Of a DNA stretch of 64,000 nucleotides, positions 54,405 through 63,520 are shown piece by piece (within the stretch, counting starts at the first letter, position 1; each line of letters starts with the position of its first letter). The position numbers were made by a program, and so were the translations under genes. Under the pieces are notes generated by a model, which saw nothing but the letters and a program-made list of their open reading frames with translations, was not told the DNA's origin and searched no databases. Location: positions 248,001 to 312,000 of IMG/VR virus record IMGVR_UViG_3300005056_000001; one strand, given 5' to 3'.

Positions 54405-57400
54405 ATGAGCACACTTAATGACCAAATAGCCCAATTACAATTGTTGATGAATAATGCGTTGGCAATTCTTACGGCATTTAACGAGACAAATTTTTCGGAT
54501 GTTGCATTCGCAGAAATTGCCATTGATAATGGTGACGGAACAAACACAGTATTTAACCTGCCTTCCAATATCAATAACGACAGAAAAATTAAGGCACTTC
54601 AAAACACCGTGGATGCTCTTACATCACTGTCGGATAGTGGACAAACGTTAACCGTTTCGATTGCCGACCCCAATGTTAGAATATTGTATATTGGCTCATT
54701 TGAGCGTGCGTTTTCTGAATTGTTATCAACAGATTATGTGGTTAGTACAACACTATCAATCAAACAGAATCATTTGTTGGAGGCATTAACGGATCCAATT
54801 TGTAGAGTGCAAGTAACACTACCGCCACAATTTTCGCATATACAACATGTCAGACTGTCTAAGTTTGTTATTACAGGATCGGACAAGAACGACAAATTTG
54901 ACACACTCAATGTCACAACCACAAGCACAAGAAGTGCCGTATTACAGGCATTAAACGACACGGCTACCACCTATAAGGAGTTTGACTCTGTGTTTACTTT
55001 GGATGCCCAAAAGGTAAGGTTCTATGGGGCATTCTCTGTGTTAAATATAGCCAACGAAACAAATGGTGATTTTACTTGTCGATTGGACAAGAATACATAC
55101 AACGACTCTATTAGTACGGTCATCAACAGCAAACAATTGACAGTCGGGGATGTTTTGGTAACAGCCAACGGTGATTCTATTTGGGACGTTATCAACATAA
55201 CACTAATTAATGGTGTGTTTGTGACCCTACGCAAAAAAGGCGGGTTCAAGGCAATAACGTCAGGTATACAAACGCTTAGATTTCATGACCAAAATGATAT
55301 CACAAAAACTGTATCAATACCTATCGAGGGTGGCGAACGTTCCTTTGCTTTTTTTGCCCCAATCAAACCCGACACGGGAATTGCAGGCGAATGGAGTCAA
55401 AATATACCAATCTCAAGTGCGAACTACTCGGTTGATGTAAGTGGCATAACAGTACCATTTGACGAATACTACAACACAAATGTTCTGCCTATTGGACAAT
55501 TCATCCTGAGTCAAGTTTCCGATCAATCGGTATCACGTGCCGTGGCATTGGATATAGCAAAACCAACACTAAAAACAGAAAATTTTAGTGTGGTTCAAAT
55601 CAATGCCCATCTATCAAGAACAGGCGAATTTGAAAAAATAAAAAGACTGCAAGAAGTCAAAAACAATACATCAACAAAATTAGCATCATTGTCCAACGAA
55701 ATTTCTGAAATACGGAATCGCTTGGCACGTTCGACATATAGAAGTTCGACTGCCAAAATTCAGGACGAAACTATACTAGGGTCGAAGGAGTCAGCACGAA
55801 ATCTGCAATCAAAAAAACTCCAAACAACCATTAAGGAAATTTCTAGTGTTAGCTCAACAACATCCGCAAACAAGGTTCAGCCAATATACCATGTGCGTGG
55901 ATTTTTTAAAATTGACGAGCCCGTATCAAATGATGGGCAAACACAACGACTCGTGTCTTATGAAGTGCGGTATAAATATGTACCCTCAAATTCAAGAGCC
56001 TCAATTTCACAATCATTGAGTAGCATTGACGGTGTTGACGGCACGAAATCTCCATGGTTTGATGCGCCCCCAATAGTTTTGGAAAAAGAATTCAATTCTG
56101 ATACCGAAAAATATGAATGGGAACAAAATGACATAGCCAATGCCCAAAAAAACAATATAAACCAAGTGGATATTCCATTAACATACGGCGAGGCTGTTAT
56201 CATACAGGTCAGGGCAGTGAGTGAGGCAGGATACCCGTCCAACCCTGCAAAGTCGTTATTTTCGGATGATTTAAGAATCGAGTTTCCGACATCGTTGGCA
56301 CAAAACGAAACCATTAGTGCAATAGTTTCACAAAATGCAGAGGATGAACAGATAGTGAAACTTGACGAGTTTTTAAGAGACAAGGGGTATGATAAATTAA
56401 CTGCCGAAAGTTACGAAACAACCGAGCAATATTTTGTTACAAAGGCGAACACCATTGATTCCACGTTCAAGAATGATGCAGGGCTTGTTCAAAACCTAAG
56501 AGATTTTTTAACAACATTGGTAAACAGAGTCGGAACACTTGAAGAAACTGTGCTGCGACAAAGCGTGTCTTGGTCTATTGAGATTATTGACTCGAACGGT
56601 AAATCTTATCCTATCGGGAACAGGAGCAGTCTTAAGCTTTTTGCAGGATATTACACCGAAAGTGTTGATGTTACAGATGTCGCAAACTACGGAGATTTTA
56701 TTCAGGAACAATTCCTGTTAAAAATCACCAACAACAGTGCAAGCGCAGGCGATATATTGACACTGTCGGCAGGTGACATAACGGCACGAACAACCGACAT
56801 TAACTATACAACCGCACCTTTTCAGGCGGTTACAACACCTTTGCAATTCCAAAAGAACGGTCAAATATTCTACCTAAGAACCAATTCGTTAAGTGGTGCC
56901 GACACGTTCTACACCAACGACACAACGATTTCAACAAATACGGTGACACCTTCTGACATTGACACAGGTGCACTTACGGCACAAAAAAATGTTGTTTCAT
57001 GGGACGGAGTTGCCGCATCCTTAATTAAATTATTGGACGGGGCAACATCGCCTAGTTATGTTGCACTTCTGAAGACACATCCGATATATGCCGCTTATTT
57101 GACCAATCCATCACCCGCAAACTTGGCTCTATTGGCCGATGAATTTGCACGTATTACAAATTACACACAAATATTGAGAGACGGATTTAAACAGCGTGAT
57201 TATGATTCGCTTGTCAATCCACAATTTTTGTCTGATGATAAATATTTGGTTGGTGGAAATTCGTGTGGATCCATGTTGTTTACAAGACCACAACAACAAG
57301 ACAGCGTTCAGGTATCAACGGCAGATGCCTCTTCGCCAAGAACGGTTGAGGGTGGCAAGTCGATTCAGATACCAATCATCTTTCAATACAGAATGACGGA

Positions 57401-57617
57401 TGGTATTGGCCGACTGAACGGTGACGGCAGCAAGTCGTTGGCAGCATCAAATCTGACCTACAAAAAAAGAATCGGATTTGACATCTACCTAGGATCACAA
57501 ATACAATTTGATATCGAGGTCGAAGCCTCTTTCAGACCAACCCTACAATCGAGCCGCCGATCCGTTGACAACACACCCATTATAACAACCACAAATGGTG
57601 ATGCAACCACGTTGTAA
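54405..57617 (+). CDS. large virion structural protein (baseplate/tail)
   Basis: 1070 aa, T/S/N-rich, FN3-like IQVRAVSEAGYPSNP; GTACATA at 54379-54385. Confidence 0.6.
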   Translation: MSTLNDQIAQLQLLMNNALAILTAFNETNFSDVAFAEIAIDNGDGTNTVFNLPSNINNDRKIKALQNTVDALTSLSDSGQTLTVSIADPNVRILYIGSFERAFSELLSTDYVVSTTLSIKQNHLLEALTDPICRVQVTLPPQFSHIQHVRLSKFVITGSDKNDKFDTLNVTTTSTRSAVLQALNDTATTYKEFDSVFTLDAQKVRFYGAFSVLNIANETNGDFTCRLDKNTYNDSISTVINSKQLTVGDVLVTANGDSIWDVINITLINGVFVTLRKKGGFKAITSGIQTLRFHDQNDITKTVSIPIEGGERSFAFFAPIKPDTGIAGEWSQNIPISSANYSVDVSGITVPFDEYYNTNVLPIGQFILSQVSDQSVSRAVALDIAKPTLKTENFSVVQINAHLSRTGEFEKIKRLQEVKNNTSTKLASLSNEISEIRNRLARSTYRSSTAKIQDETILGSKESARNLQSKKLQTTIKEISSVSSTTSANKVQPIYHVRGFFKIDEPVSNDGQTQRLVSYEVRYKYVPSNSRASISQSLSSIDGVDGTKSPWFDAPPIVLEKEFNSDTEKYEWEQNDIANAQKNNINQVDIPLTYGEAVIIQVRAVSEAGYPSNPAKSLFSDDLRIEFPTSLAQNETISAIVSQNAEDEQIVKLDEFLRDKGYDKLTAESYETTEQYFVTKANTIDSTFKNDAGLVQNLRDFLTTLVNRVGTLEETVLRQSVSWSIEIIDSNGKSYPIGNRSSLKLFAGYYTESVDVTDVANYGDFIQEQFLLKITNNSASAGDILTLSAGDITARTTDINYTTAPFQAVTTPLQFQKNGQIFYLRTNSLSGADTFYTNDTTISTNTVTPSDIDTGALTAQKNVVSWDGVAASLIKLLDGATSPSYVALLKTHPIYAAYLTNPSPANLALLADEFARITNYTQILRDGFKQRDYDSLVNPQFLSDDKYLVGGNSCGSMLFTRPQQQDSVQVSTADASSPRTVEGGKSIQIPIIFQYRMTDGIGRLNGDGSKSLAASNLTYKKRIGFDIYLGSQIQFDIEVEASFRPTLQSSRRSVDNTPIITTTNGDATTL

Positions 57618-57637
57618 TCACGAATTAATACAATATT

Positions 57638-57907
57638 ATGAAATACGACAAAGAGTTCCTGTTGGATATAGCCTCAGATCTCGAATTTGACCCGTTTACC
57701 GCCACAATAAATGACGGCGGTAATATTACCAAAAAGAAGTTTAAGGATCCTATCGTATGGGTATTTTACGAAGAGGACAGATTGGATATCGAAGACAAAA
57801 GATCGCCAATAAAGCTTTCTGTAAAAATAAGCGATATTGATACAATTACCACAGGACATAATACCATAGAATTTCATATGGGCGATATGCACATATTATT
57901 TCTGTGA
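57638..57907 (+). CDS. hypothetical protein
   Basis: 89-aa ORF. Confidence 0.65.
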   Translation: MKYDKEFLLDIASDLEFDPFTATINDGGNITKKKFKDPIVWVFYEEDRLDIEDKRSPIKLSVKISDIDTITTGHNTIEFHMGDMHILFL

Positions 57908-57940
57908 TAATTTAGACACGATAGAAGTGTACAAGACAAA

Positions 57941-57971
57941 TAGAAATGGCTCCCAATTGGGAGCCATTTCT
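57941..57971. terminator. bidirectional hairpin/terminator
   Basis: tagaaatggctccc-aatt-gggagccatttcta, a perfect palindrome. Confidence 0.75.
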
Positions 57972-58515
57972 ATTGTGGTTCGTCGGTCGTGTCCGAAACT
58001 ATTCCTCCTTGAAAGTAACTCAAGACCTTTCTGTCGATATATTGGGTTATAATGTCCTCGAATTTTTGTATCAATCCTATCCTAGGCAACAACACATGAA
58101 GAGTAACAGCCAATACCGCCAATGCAATTGGTGCAATCATGATTACCGAAATTTGTTTATCCAATAAGAGAAATGATGGTACAACCGAAATGAATGTTGC
58201 AATAAACTGTGTCAGACTTCTAGAGCTTACAATAGAAGCAATCGTAACAAACATGGCAGCCATAAAAACACCGTGGACATGGAAATTGCCAAAGTTGTTT
58301 GGGTAAACCCATTGTCCTAGATGGATAGACACGTTCATAGACAAAACAAGTACGGCAATGGTGCTTGCCAAAACCATGTTCAATCGGGTCTTTGCCTCGC
58401 TTGGCATTTTGTGTTTTGTTTCTCGGATTTTTTGGAGTGTTCTGAGCCCAAATGAGCCAAATGTAATCATTGTCAAATAAATAATAAATACTATAATTGT
58501 AATTGTTTGATGCAT
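57970..58515 (-). CDS. multi-pass membrane protein
   Basis: About five hydrophobic segments. Confidence 0.7.
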   Translation of the reverse strand: MHQTITIIVFIIYLTMITFGSFGLRTLQKIRETKHKMPSEAKTRLNMVLASTIAVLVLSMNVSIHLGQWVYPNNFGNFHVHGVFMAAMFVTIASIVSSRSLTQFIATFISVVPSFLLLDKQISVIMIAPIALAVLAVTLHVLLPRIGLIQKFEDIITQYIDRKVLSYFQGGIVSDTTDEPQ

Positions 58516-58543
58516 TATTGTTGTTTTTTGTTGGTTAAAAAAT

Positions 58544-59419
58544 TTAGTCGTATTTTATCTTCCTTGGTTTTCTACACCATGTGTTCGGGACGTTTATGTA
58601 TCTAATTTTAGGAAGCTCCTCGATCCATTCGGGTAATTCCATTCTTTCGTTTCCGCCTAGCCATAGACATTCAAGGTTGTTTAGATTTTTCATTGACTCA
58701 GGAAGGTGTGTGATATCATTACCCGACAAGTATAGAAACTTAAGAGATTCTAGCTCACCAATACTTTCGGGTAACTCGTTTAAATTATTGTTTTGGAAAT
58801 TCAAGTCTGTAATATTTTTAAGATCACCGATGTGTTTTGGCATTGTTTCTATGAGACCATCACGAACATTCAATACACTCAACATTTTCAGGTCACATAG
58901 CGAGTCGGGCAATTCGGTCAATTTATTTCCGATTAAACCAAGATATGACAAGTGTTTAAGGTTCCCAATATCTTTTGGTATCGAGGACACATCACACCTT
59001 ATCAAATCTAAACCTCTAAGGTTTTGTAAACTACACAACCAATCAGGCAAGTCTCCAAGCACACAATCACAGGTGACAAAAGTTCGTAGACTTTTAAGAT
59101 TCTTCATGCTATCAGGAAGATGTGTGATATTGCAGTATTCTAATTTAATCTTTTCTAAATGTGTCAGTAGTCCGATATTTTCGGGAATTGTATATTTATG
59201 CATAAAGCCTCTTGTTAGGGTTTTCGTACTGCCCAACTTTCTTAATAAGTCCAATAAAGGGAAATTTATACTTAACGGATTAAAAGAAATGTACAGCTCA
59301 TAATACCCGCTAAAATCCATCACAATATTATTGGACTCAACCAATTGCAATGCAAGTTCAATATTGTTGCTGTCCCATGTGTGAATGAGGTCTAGTATTT
59401 TTTGTTCGTCTGTTGTCAT
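58544..59419 (-). CDS. leucine-rich repeat protein
   Basis: About nine 23-aa LRRs (..LPESIGELESLKFLYLSGN..); start MTTDEQ at 59419 forms an ATGA overlap with the upstream gene. Confidence 0.95.
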   Translation of the reverse strand: MTTDEQKILDLIHTWDSNNIELALQLVESNNIVMDFSGYYELYISFNPLSINFPLLDLLRKLGSTKTLTRGFMHKYTIPENIGLLTHLEKIKLEYCNITHLPDSMKNLKSLRTFVTCDCVLGDLPDWLCSLQNLRGLDLIRCDVSSIPKDIGNLKHLSYLGLIGNKLTELPDSLCDLKMLSVLNVRDGLIETMPKHIGDLKNITDLNFQNNNLNELPESIGELESLKFLYLSGNDITHLPESMKNLNNLECLWLGGNERMELPEWIEELPKIRYINVPNTWCRKPRKIKYD

Positions 59420-60045
59420 TTTGTATAGGTTATCCAATCATATAATAATTCACCGTTGTGCTTACTAACCACACAATCATAAGAAACTTTCTTGTGCTCG
59501 TTGTGTGCCCAAAGATGTGTAATAATATTTGCCTTTACTTTGTCGGGCTTGAGGTTCTTCAATAAGTGTGTTACTAGGTTCGGGTGGATTCGCTTGTTTA
59601 TACACCAAAGAAGAATAATATCCACATGATTGACATAGTATAGCAAAACAAAAATATACTTCATACAGTGTCCAATATTTTCAATGGGCATTATGACATT
59701 GGGACAAGTCGAAAAAGCGTAGCCTTCTGAGGTTAGTATCAGGTCTGTATGACTATCTCCCATGCCTGTCGAAAGAAAGTTTTTGGCTGTCTCATTGAAA
59801 TTATTGTCACAATCCAAGGCAGCGGTAACTGTCCCGAATAATTCGTCAATACGTTTATTGTCGTATATGTCTAACACAAGAAACGACAAATCAAGATTTG
59901 TTGCAGGAACATCACCAACGGTAAATCGAAGATTCTTAAAATCCTCAAGTAGTGGCCCTGAATCCATAAACAGGGTCGTGTCGTTTATAATCCATGACGA
60001 CCCATTTTTTAGGTATAAATTAAGCCCCTCAAATTTTATAGTCAT
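59416..60045 (-). CDS. degenerate (predicted inactive) ABC/AAA_21-type ATPase-like protein
   Basis: FEGLNLYLKNGSS (eroded Walker A), PIENIGHCMK (signature-like), IILLWCINKRIHP (Walker B/D-loop without DE), NIITH (H-loop). Confidence 0.55.
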   Translation of the reverse strand: MTIKFEGLNLYLKNGSSWIINDTTLFMDSGPLLEDFKNLRFTVGDVPATNLDLSFLVLDIYDNKRIDELFGTVTAALDCDNNFNETAKNFLSTGMGDSHTDLILTSEGYAFSTCPNVIMPIENIGHCMKYIFVLLYYVNHVDIILLWCINKRIHPNLVTHLLKNLKPDKVKANIITHLWAHNEHKKVSYDCVVSKHNGELLYDWITYTK

Positions 60046-60063
60046 TGTGTGATAATTTATATG

Positions 60064-60573
60064 TTAATAACCTTCCCATTCATCGTCTGTGTCAATACTA
60101 GGCACATCACTTGTTGTGTCACAGGAAAATGGCAAGTCCTCGTTATCTTTAGGCGCAAACACAGGATGGTTTCCGAGCCATTCTTCAAAGTCGGGCGAAT
60201 CGCTACCGCTATTATTGGAATGTGCCTCGGACTGTCCTGCCATGAATGCCTGTTCAAGTATATCTGTTAGTTTAGTTTTTGTGAATGAAAAATCTGTTAC
60301 TGAAAAATCTTGATGAGGATCCCGACGTCGGTCTGTTGCCTTGAATACAAGTTCTCCGTCTCCACCAATTTCGCTTACCTTAAATACGAAATCATTTAAT
60401 CCGTCATCCGTCCATAAGAAGTCTTCAAACTCTTTTACTGCACCAAAACTAGCGGCCTTGATTAGGTTTGTGTGTAATAAGATCGCCTTTAAATCCACCA
60501 AGAAGTTATCCAAATTGGCAGTTGTAACACAGTCCGTGATATCCTGAAACGTTTTTATTTTATATGTTTTCAT
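60064..60573 (-). CDS. hypothetical protein
   Basis: 169-aa ORF. Confidence 0.7.
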   Translation of the reverse strand: MKTYKIKTFQDITDCVTTANLDNFLVDLKAILLHTNLIKAASFGAVKEFEDFLWTDDGLNDFVFKVSEIGGDGELVFKATDRRRDPHQDFSVTDFSFTKTKLTDILEQAFMAGQSEAHSNNSGSDSPDFEEWLGNHPVFAPKDNEDLPFSCDTTSDVPSIDTDDEWEGY

Positions 60574-60841
60574 TGTCTATTTTTATTAGATTAATTTTTT
60601 CGGTATGTAATTCGCTGTAATACATTGTGTTCATGGCAATATGCACGGCCTCAAGGCATACACAATTAGATCTTAGTCTATAGGAATAATCTTGAATATC
60701 TCCCTTAGACCTTGCTGCCACACAGTCGGGTCTGTTGGCCCATTGTTCCAAGCAAAATTCTATGTCTTTTTTAAGGGTTTTTGAATGCTCCTTGAGTGTT
60801 TCTAGGCTACATTTTGACAATGTTTTTTTGTCGTAAACCAT
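60560..60841 (-). CDS. hypothetical protein
   Basis: 93-aa ORF. Confidence 0.7.
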   Translation of the reverse strand: MVYDKKTLSKCSLETLKEHSKTLKKDIEFCLEQWANRPDCVAARSKGDIQDYSYRLRSNCVCLEAVHIAMNTMYYSELHTEKINLIKIDNENI

Positions 60842-60882
60842 AATGTTTTATTTTAATGTTTAGAAAGAATTAAAAAGAGAGT

Positions 60883-61098
60883 TTAATCTTTTTTATTACT
60901 TCGTGCCACTTTTTCGGCCCAACTACATTTTCTTCTTTTTGCATTTAATACAACGTTCTCATCACCGTCTATGCTACAACCATCTAAATTAACACCTTCT
61001 CGGTGTGCCTTTTGGACTGTCTTTCGGATCGTGTTACCTTCCTCTTCGTGTGTGTAGATAGTTTTATTGTCCCTGTCTTGGATTTCAATTTTTCTCAT
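60883..61098 (-). CDS. truncated pentapeptide-repeat-protein N-terminal domain
   Basis: KIEIQDR..IYTHEEEGNTIRKTVQKA..GVNLDG resembles the leader of phage pentapeptide-repeat proteins, but the repeats stop after about one unit. Confidence 0.4.
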   Translation of the reverse strand: MRKIEIQDRDNKTIYTHEEEGNTIRKTVQKAHREGVNLDGCSIDGDENVVLNAKRRKCSWAEKVARSNKKD

Positions 61099-61109
61099 TG
61101 CTTATCTGT

Positions 61110-61313
61110 TTATCTGTTTAATTCGATTAAAATAAGAGGCTCTTTCTTGCCATTAAATTCAAATTGCTTGTGTGTGACCTTTACCACATTTAAAGTCGTT
61201 TCTTGACCATCAATACGTACAGCCACGGACTCACCCTCACGAGGAATAGTTTCAAACACGGTCACGTAACAATCTGTGTTGTCAATATTGCTTTTACAAA
61301 ATCCTTTTAGCAT
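61110..61313 (-). CDS. hypothetical protein
   Basis: 67-aa ORF (IPREGE..V..VTH). Confidence 0.6.
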   Translation of the reverse strand: MLKGFCKSNIDNTDCYVTVFETIPREGESVAVRIDGQETTLNVVKVTHKQFEFNGKKEPLILIELNR

Positions 61314-61407
61314 TTTTTTGATTTAAAGTGACGGGTTCATATGATCCCGTCACAATAATAGTAATATTTTTCGTAATATCAAAACTTTTTGGGGTAATGT
61401 GATGGTA

Positions 61408-61683
61408 TTATTTTTTGACGTTCCCAACATTATTGATCACAACATTATTGTATCCCATTGCCAACAACATTCCTGTTGTTAAATGGTTTAAAAAATGAAA
61501 CACATTCCCGTTCAGGAAATCAATCTTTACCAATGTGTTTCGGATCATCTTGTGTTCCGACTTTGCTGCACAGATATAATCAACCAACATTTGCCATGTT
61601 AAGCCGATATGACCATCAACACCAATTTCTGCATCAATGTCCATGCCTTTTTCTGAAAGTAGATTTAATAGGTAAGTTCTCAT
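61408..61683 (-). CDS. conserved phage hypothetical protein
   Basis: IRNTLVKIDFLNGNVFHFLNHL motif; own promoter cassette upstream. Confidence 0.7.
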   Translation of the reverse strand: MRTYLLNLLSEKGMDIDAEIGVDGHIGLTWQMLVDYICAAKSEHKMIRNTLVKIDFLNGNVFHFLNHLTTGMLLAMGYNNVVINNVGNVKK

Positions 61684-61703
61684 CTTTTATTTTTTTTTGT
61701 GTC

Positions 61704-61776
61704 TTTACTAATGATTGCCTTACAAATATAGACAAAAATCCGTGCCCACAAGCATGGACACGGATTTTAACATTTC
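61704..61776 (-). repeat. 73-bp exact duplicated promoter cassette, copy 1
   Basis: Identical to 62588-62660; contains a hairpin and TATATTTG on the minus strand. Confidence 0.9.
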
Positions 61777-61790
61777 TTTAACGTTTTTAA

Positions 61791-62573
61791 CTAAATTTTC
61801 ATTTTGGAGTTGTTCTTTAAAATACTACTGAGCTCTGTTTTTGAATCCTTCAAAAGCTTTTTGTGTGCCTTAACACTGTCGGTTGCCCATTTAATATGTT
61901 TTTTATAGGAGTTAACACAATCCTTGATGCACTCTTTTTGATATTTCTTGTAACCCTCAATATCATTTTTGTATAATTTGTAATTGTGACAAGATTTGTC
62001 AATACTCTCAAAATCATCCAATAACCAAGAAACATTTTTATGTTCCAATATTTGTGTGACAGTCTTTATGTTTTTCTTGGTGGCTAGGTACTCAAGGTTT
62101 CTGTTAATCGAAGATTTGGCCAATGTAATCACATCGTTCAATTTTTTTGTGCGGTTATTTTGGCGTTTAACGGCCTTTGACAGTGCTTCGTACTTGTCTG
62201 TCACATCTTGTCTGTTTGTTTGAGGAAGGGTGGTTTGTGTGGTGTAGCGTGTATGAAACCGTTGCTTGTTCCATCCACCCGCATAAATAACATCAGTAGT
62301 CAATGTATACTCTCTTTCGTCACGTATGATAATGGCATTAATTGTAACATTCCCACAATCAAGATTTGCCGTGAACGATTTTAGTTTGTCTGTTGGAAGT
62401 GTGTATTTATTTATTGATGTTGCCATCTTATAAACCATGTCCAACCTAAGACATTGTTTGTCGTACTTGCTTAATGCCTTGCCATTCTTTTGGATGTTGT
62501 GGTCATTAACCTTTTTGATAATGGTATTGATCCAAGAGTTTGACTTTTCGATAATTGTTTCCAAGATATGCAT
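61791..62573 (-). CDS. conserved phage hypothetical protein (AGG.N.QR.H.RY motif)
   Basis: TTDVIYAGGWNKQRFHTRY plus a coiled-coil. Confidence 0.7.
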   Translation of the reverse strand: MHILETIIEKSNSWINTIIKKVNDHNIQKNGKALSKYDKQCLRLDMVYKMATSINKYTLPTDKLKSFTANLDCGNVTINAIIIRDEREYTLTTDVIYAGGWNKQRFHTRYTTQTTLPQTNRQDVTDKYEALSKAVKRQNNRTKKLNDVITLAKSSINRNLEYLATKKNIKTVTQILEHKNVSWLLDDFESIDKSCHNYKLYKNDIEGYKKYQKECIKDCVNSYKKHIKWATDSVKAHKKLLKDSKTELSSILKNNSKMKI

Positions 62574-62587
62574 AATGACTATTTTTG

Positions 62588-62660
62588 TTTACTAATGATT
62601 GCCTTACAAATATAGACAAAAATCCGTGCCCACAAGCATGGACACGGATTTTAACATTTC
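62588..62660 (-). repeat. 73-bp exact duplicated promoter cassette, copy 2
   Basis: Identical to 61704-61776. Confidence 0.9.
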
Positions 62661-62679
62661 CTTAACAGTATGTCATTAA

Positions 62680-63180
62680 TTAACGATTGTATATATCTTC
62701 TTCCTCATCTGTTAGGGGTATATTACCTTTTACCTTAGTTAAAGCAATTTCGGCTTTTATGGCCTCGACTTTACGGTGAAAATTACCCATTTCAGCATAG
62801 ACATTCTCGGAATCACTGTGTCTAAGGTTGTTGGAATCTATACGCAATTCTGAAATAGATCTTTCCATCGTGTCGATTTCGGATAACAAAATTTGCTCTC
62901 TGCGTAATTTATCCTGAATTAAAGATTTAGGTTCCCCTATTAAGGCTTTAATTATTTTTGCCAACAGGAAAAATCCCCAAAACAGGCTTAGTAACCACAT
63001 ATCATTGTGACTATAAGAATATTGTTTCAATTTAATCAGGTTATATTTTGTAGGATCCTTGTATTTATTGGTTATAAATATATTATATAACCTTATACAT
63101 CCGAACATCACAAGAGATAAATAGAAATATCCAATAACAAATAATACATTAAAAGGAATTGTTTTTATATACTCAAACAT
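62680..63180 (-). CDS. two-TM membrane protein with coiled-coil
   Basis: Two hydrophobic segments, then a charged helix. Confidence 0.7.
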   Translation of the reverse strand: MFEYIKTIPFNVLFVIGYFYLSLVMFGCIRLYNIFITNKYKDPTKYNLIKLKQYSYSHNDMWLLSLFWGFFLLAKIIKALIGEPKSLIQDKLRREQILLSEIDTMERSISELRIDSNNLRHSDSENVYAEMGNFHRKVEAIKAEIALTKVKGNIPLTDEEEDIYNR

Positions 63181-63215
63181 TTTTTATTTTTAAAAGGTTG
63201 AAGAATTATAAGTCA

Positions 63216-63416
63216 TTACGATTGTGTCAGTCTACCCTTTCCGATCCAAATGATCAACGTGTCACCGTCGGTTCTGTGCATGGTAGTCAATTCGGCAGCC
63301 ATACAGTCTTCTAGTATGCTACACAATCTCTCGGCAGAGTACTTAAACTCGCTATTGTGTTCATAACCAACCTCTTTTAGCTTAGATTTCCAATATAAAA
63401 TTCTAATAGTTTTCAT
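63216..63416 (-). CDS. hypothetical protein
   Basis: 66-aa ORF downstream of a promoter cassette. Confidence 0.6.
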   Translation of the reverse strand: MKTIRILYWKSKLKEVGYEHNSEFKYSAERLCSILEDCMAAELTTMHRTDGDTLIIWIGKGRLTQS

Positions 63417-63449
63417 AGTCGTAAATTAATGTTGTTTTAATCAATAGCA

Positions 63450-63511
63450 CAATATTAAACAAAAAAGTCCGTACCAAAAAATTTTAGTACGAACTTTAAC
63501 ATTTTCTTAAC
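63450..63511 (-). promoter_or_regulatory. GTTAA-N6-GTTAA repeat + hairpin + TAATATTG box
   Basis: Minus strand gttaagaaaatgttaa-agttcgtactaaaa..ttttggtacggact...taatattg. Confidence 0.55.
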
Positions 63512-63520
63512 ATATACATG

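Noticed and set aside
58581-59303. 240-aa plus-strand ORF
   Set aside because: Antisense to the clear LRR gene, with no independent signals. The same applies to most short antisense ORFs in the track (e.g. 318..932).
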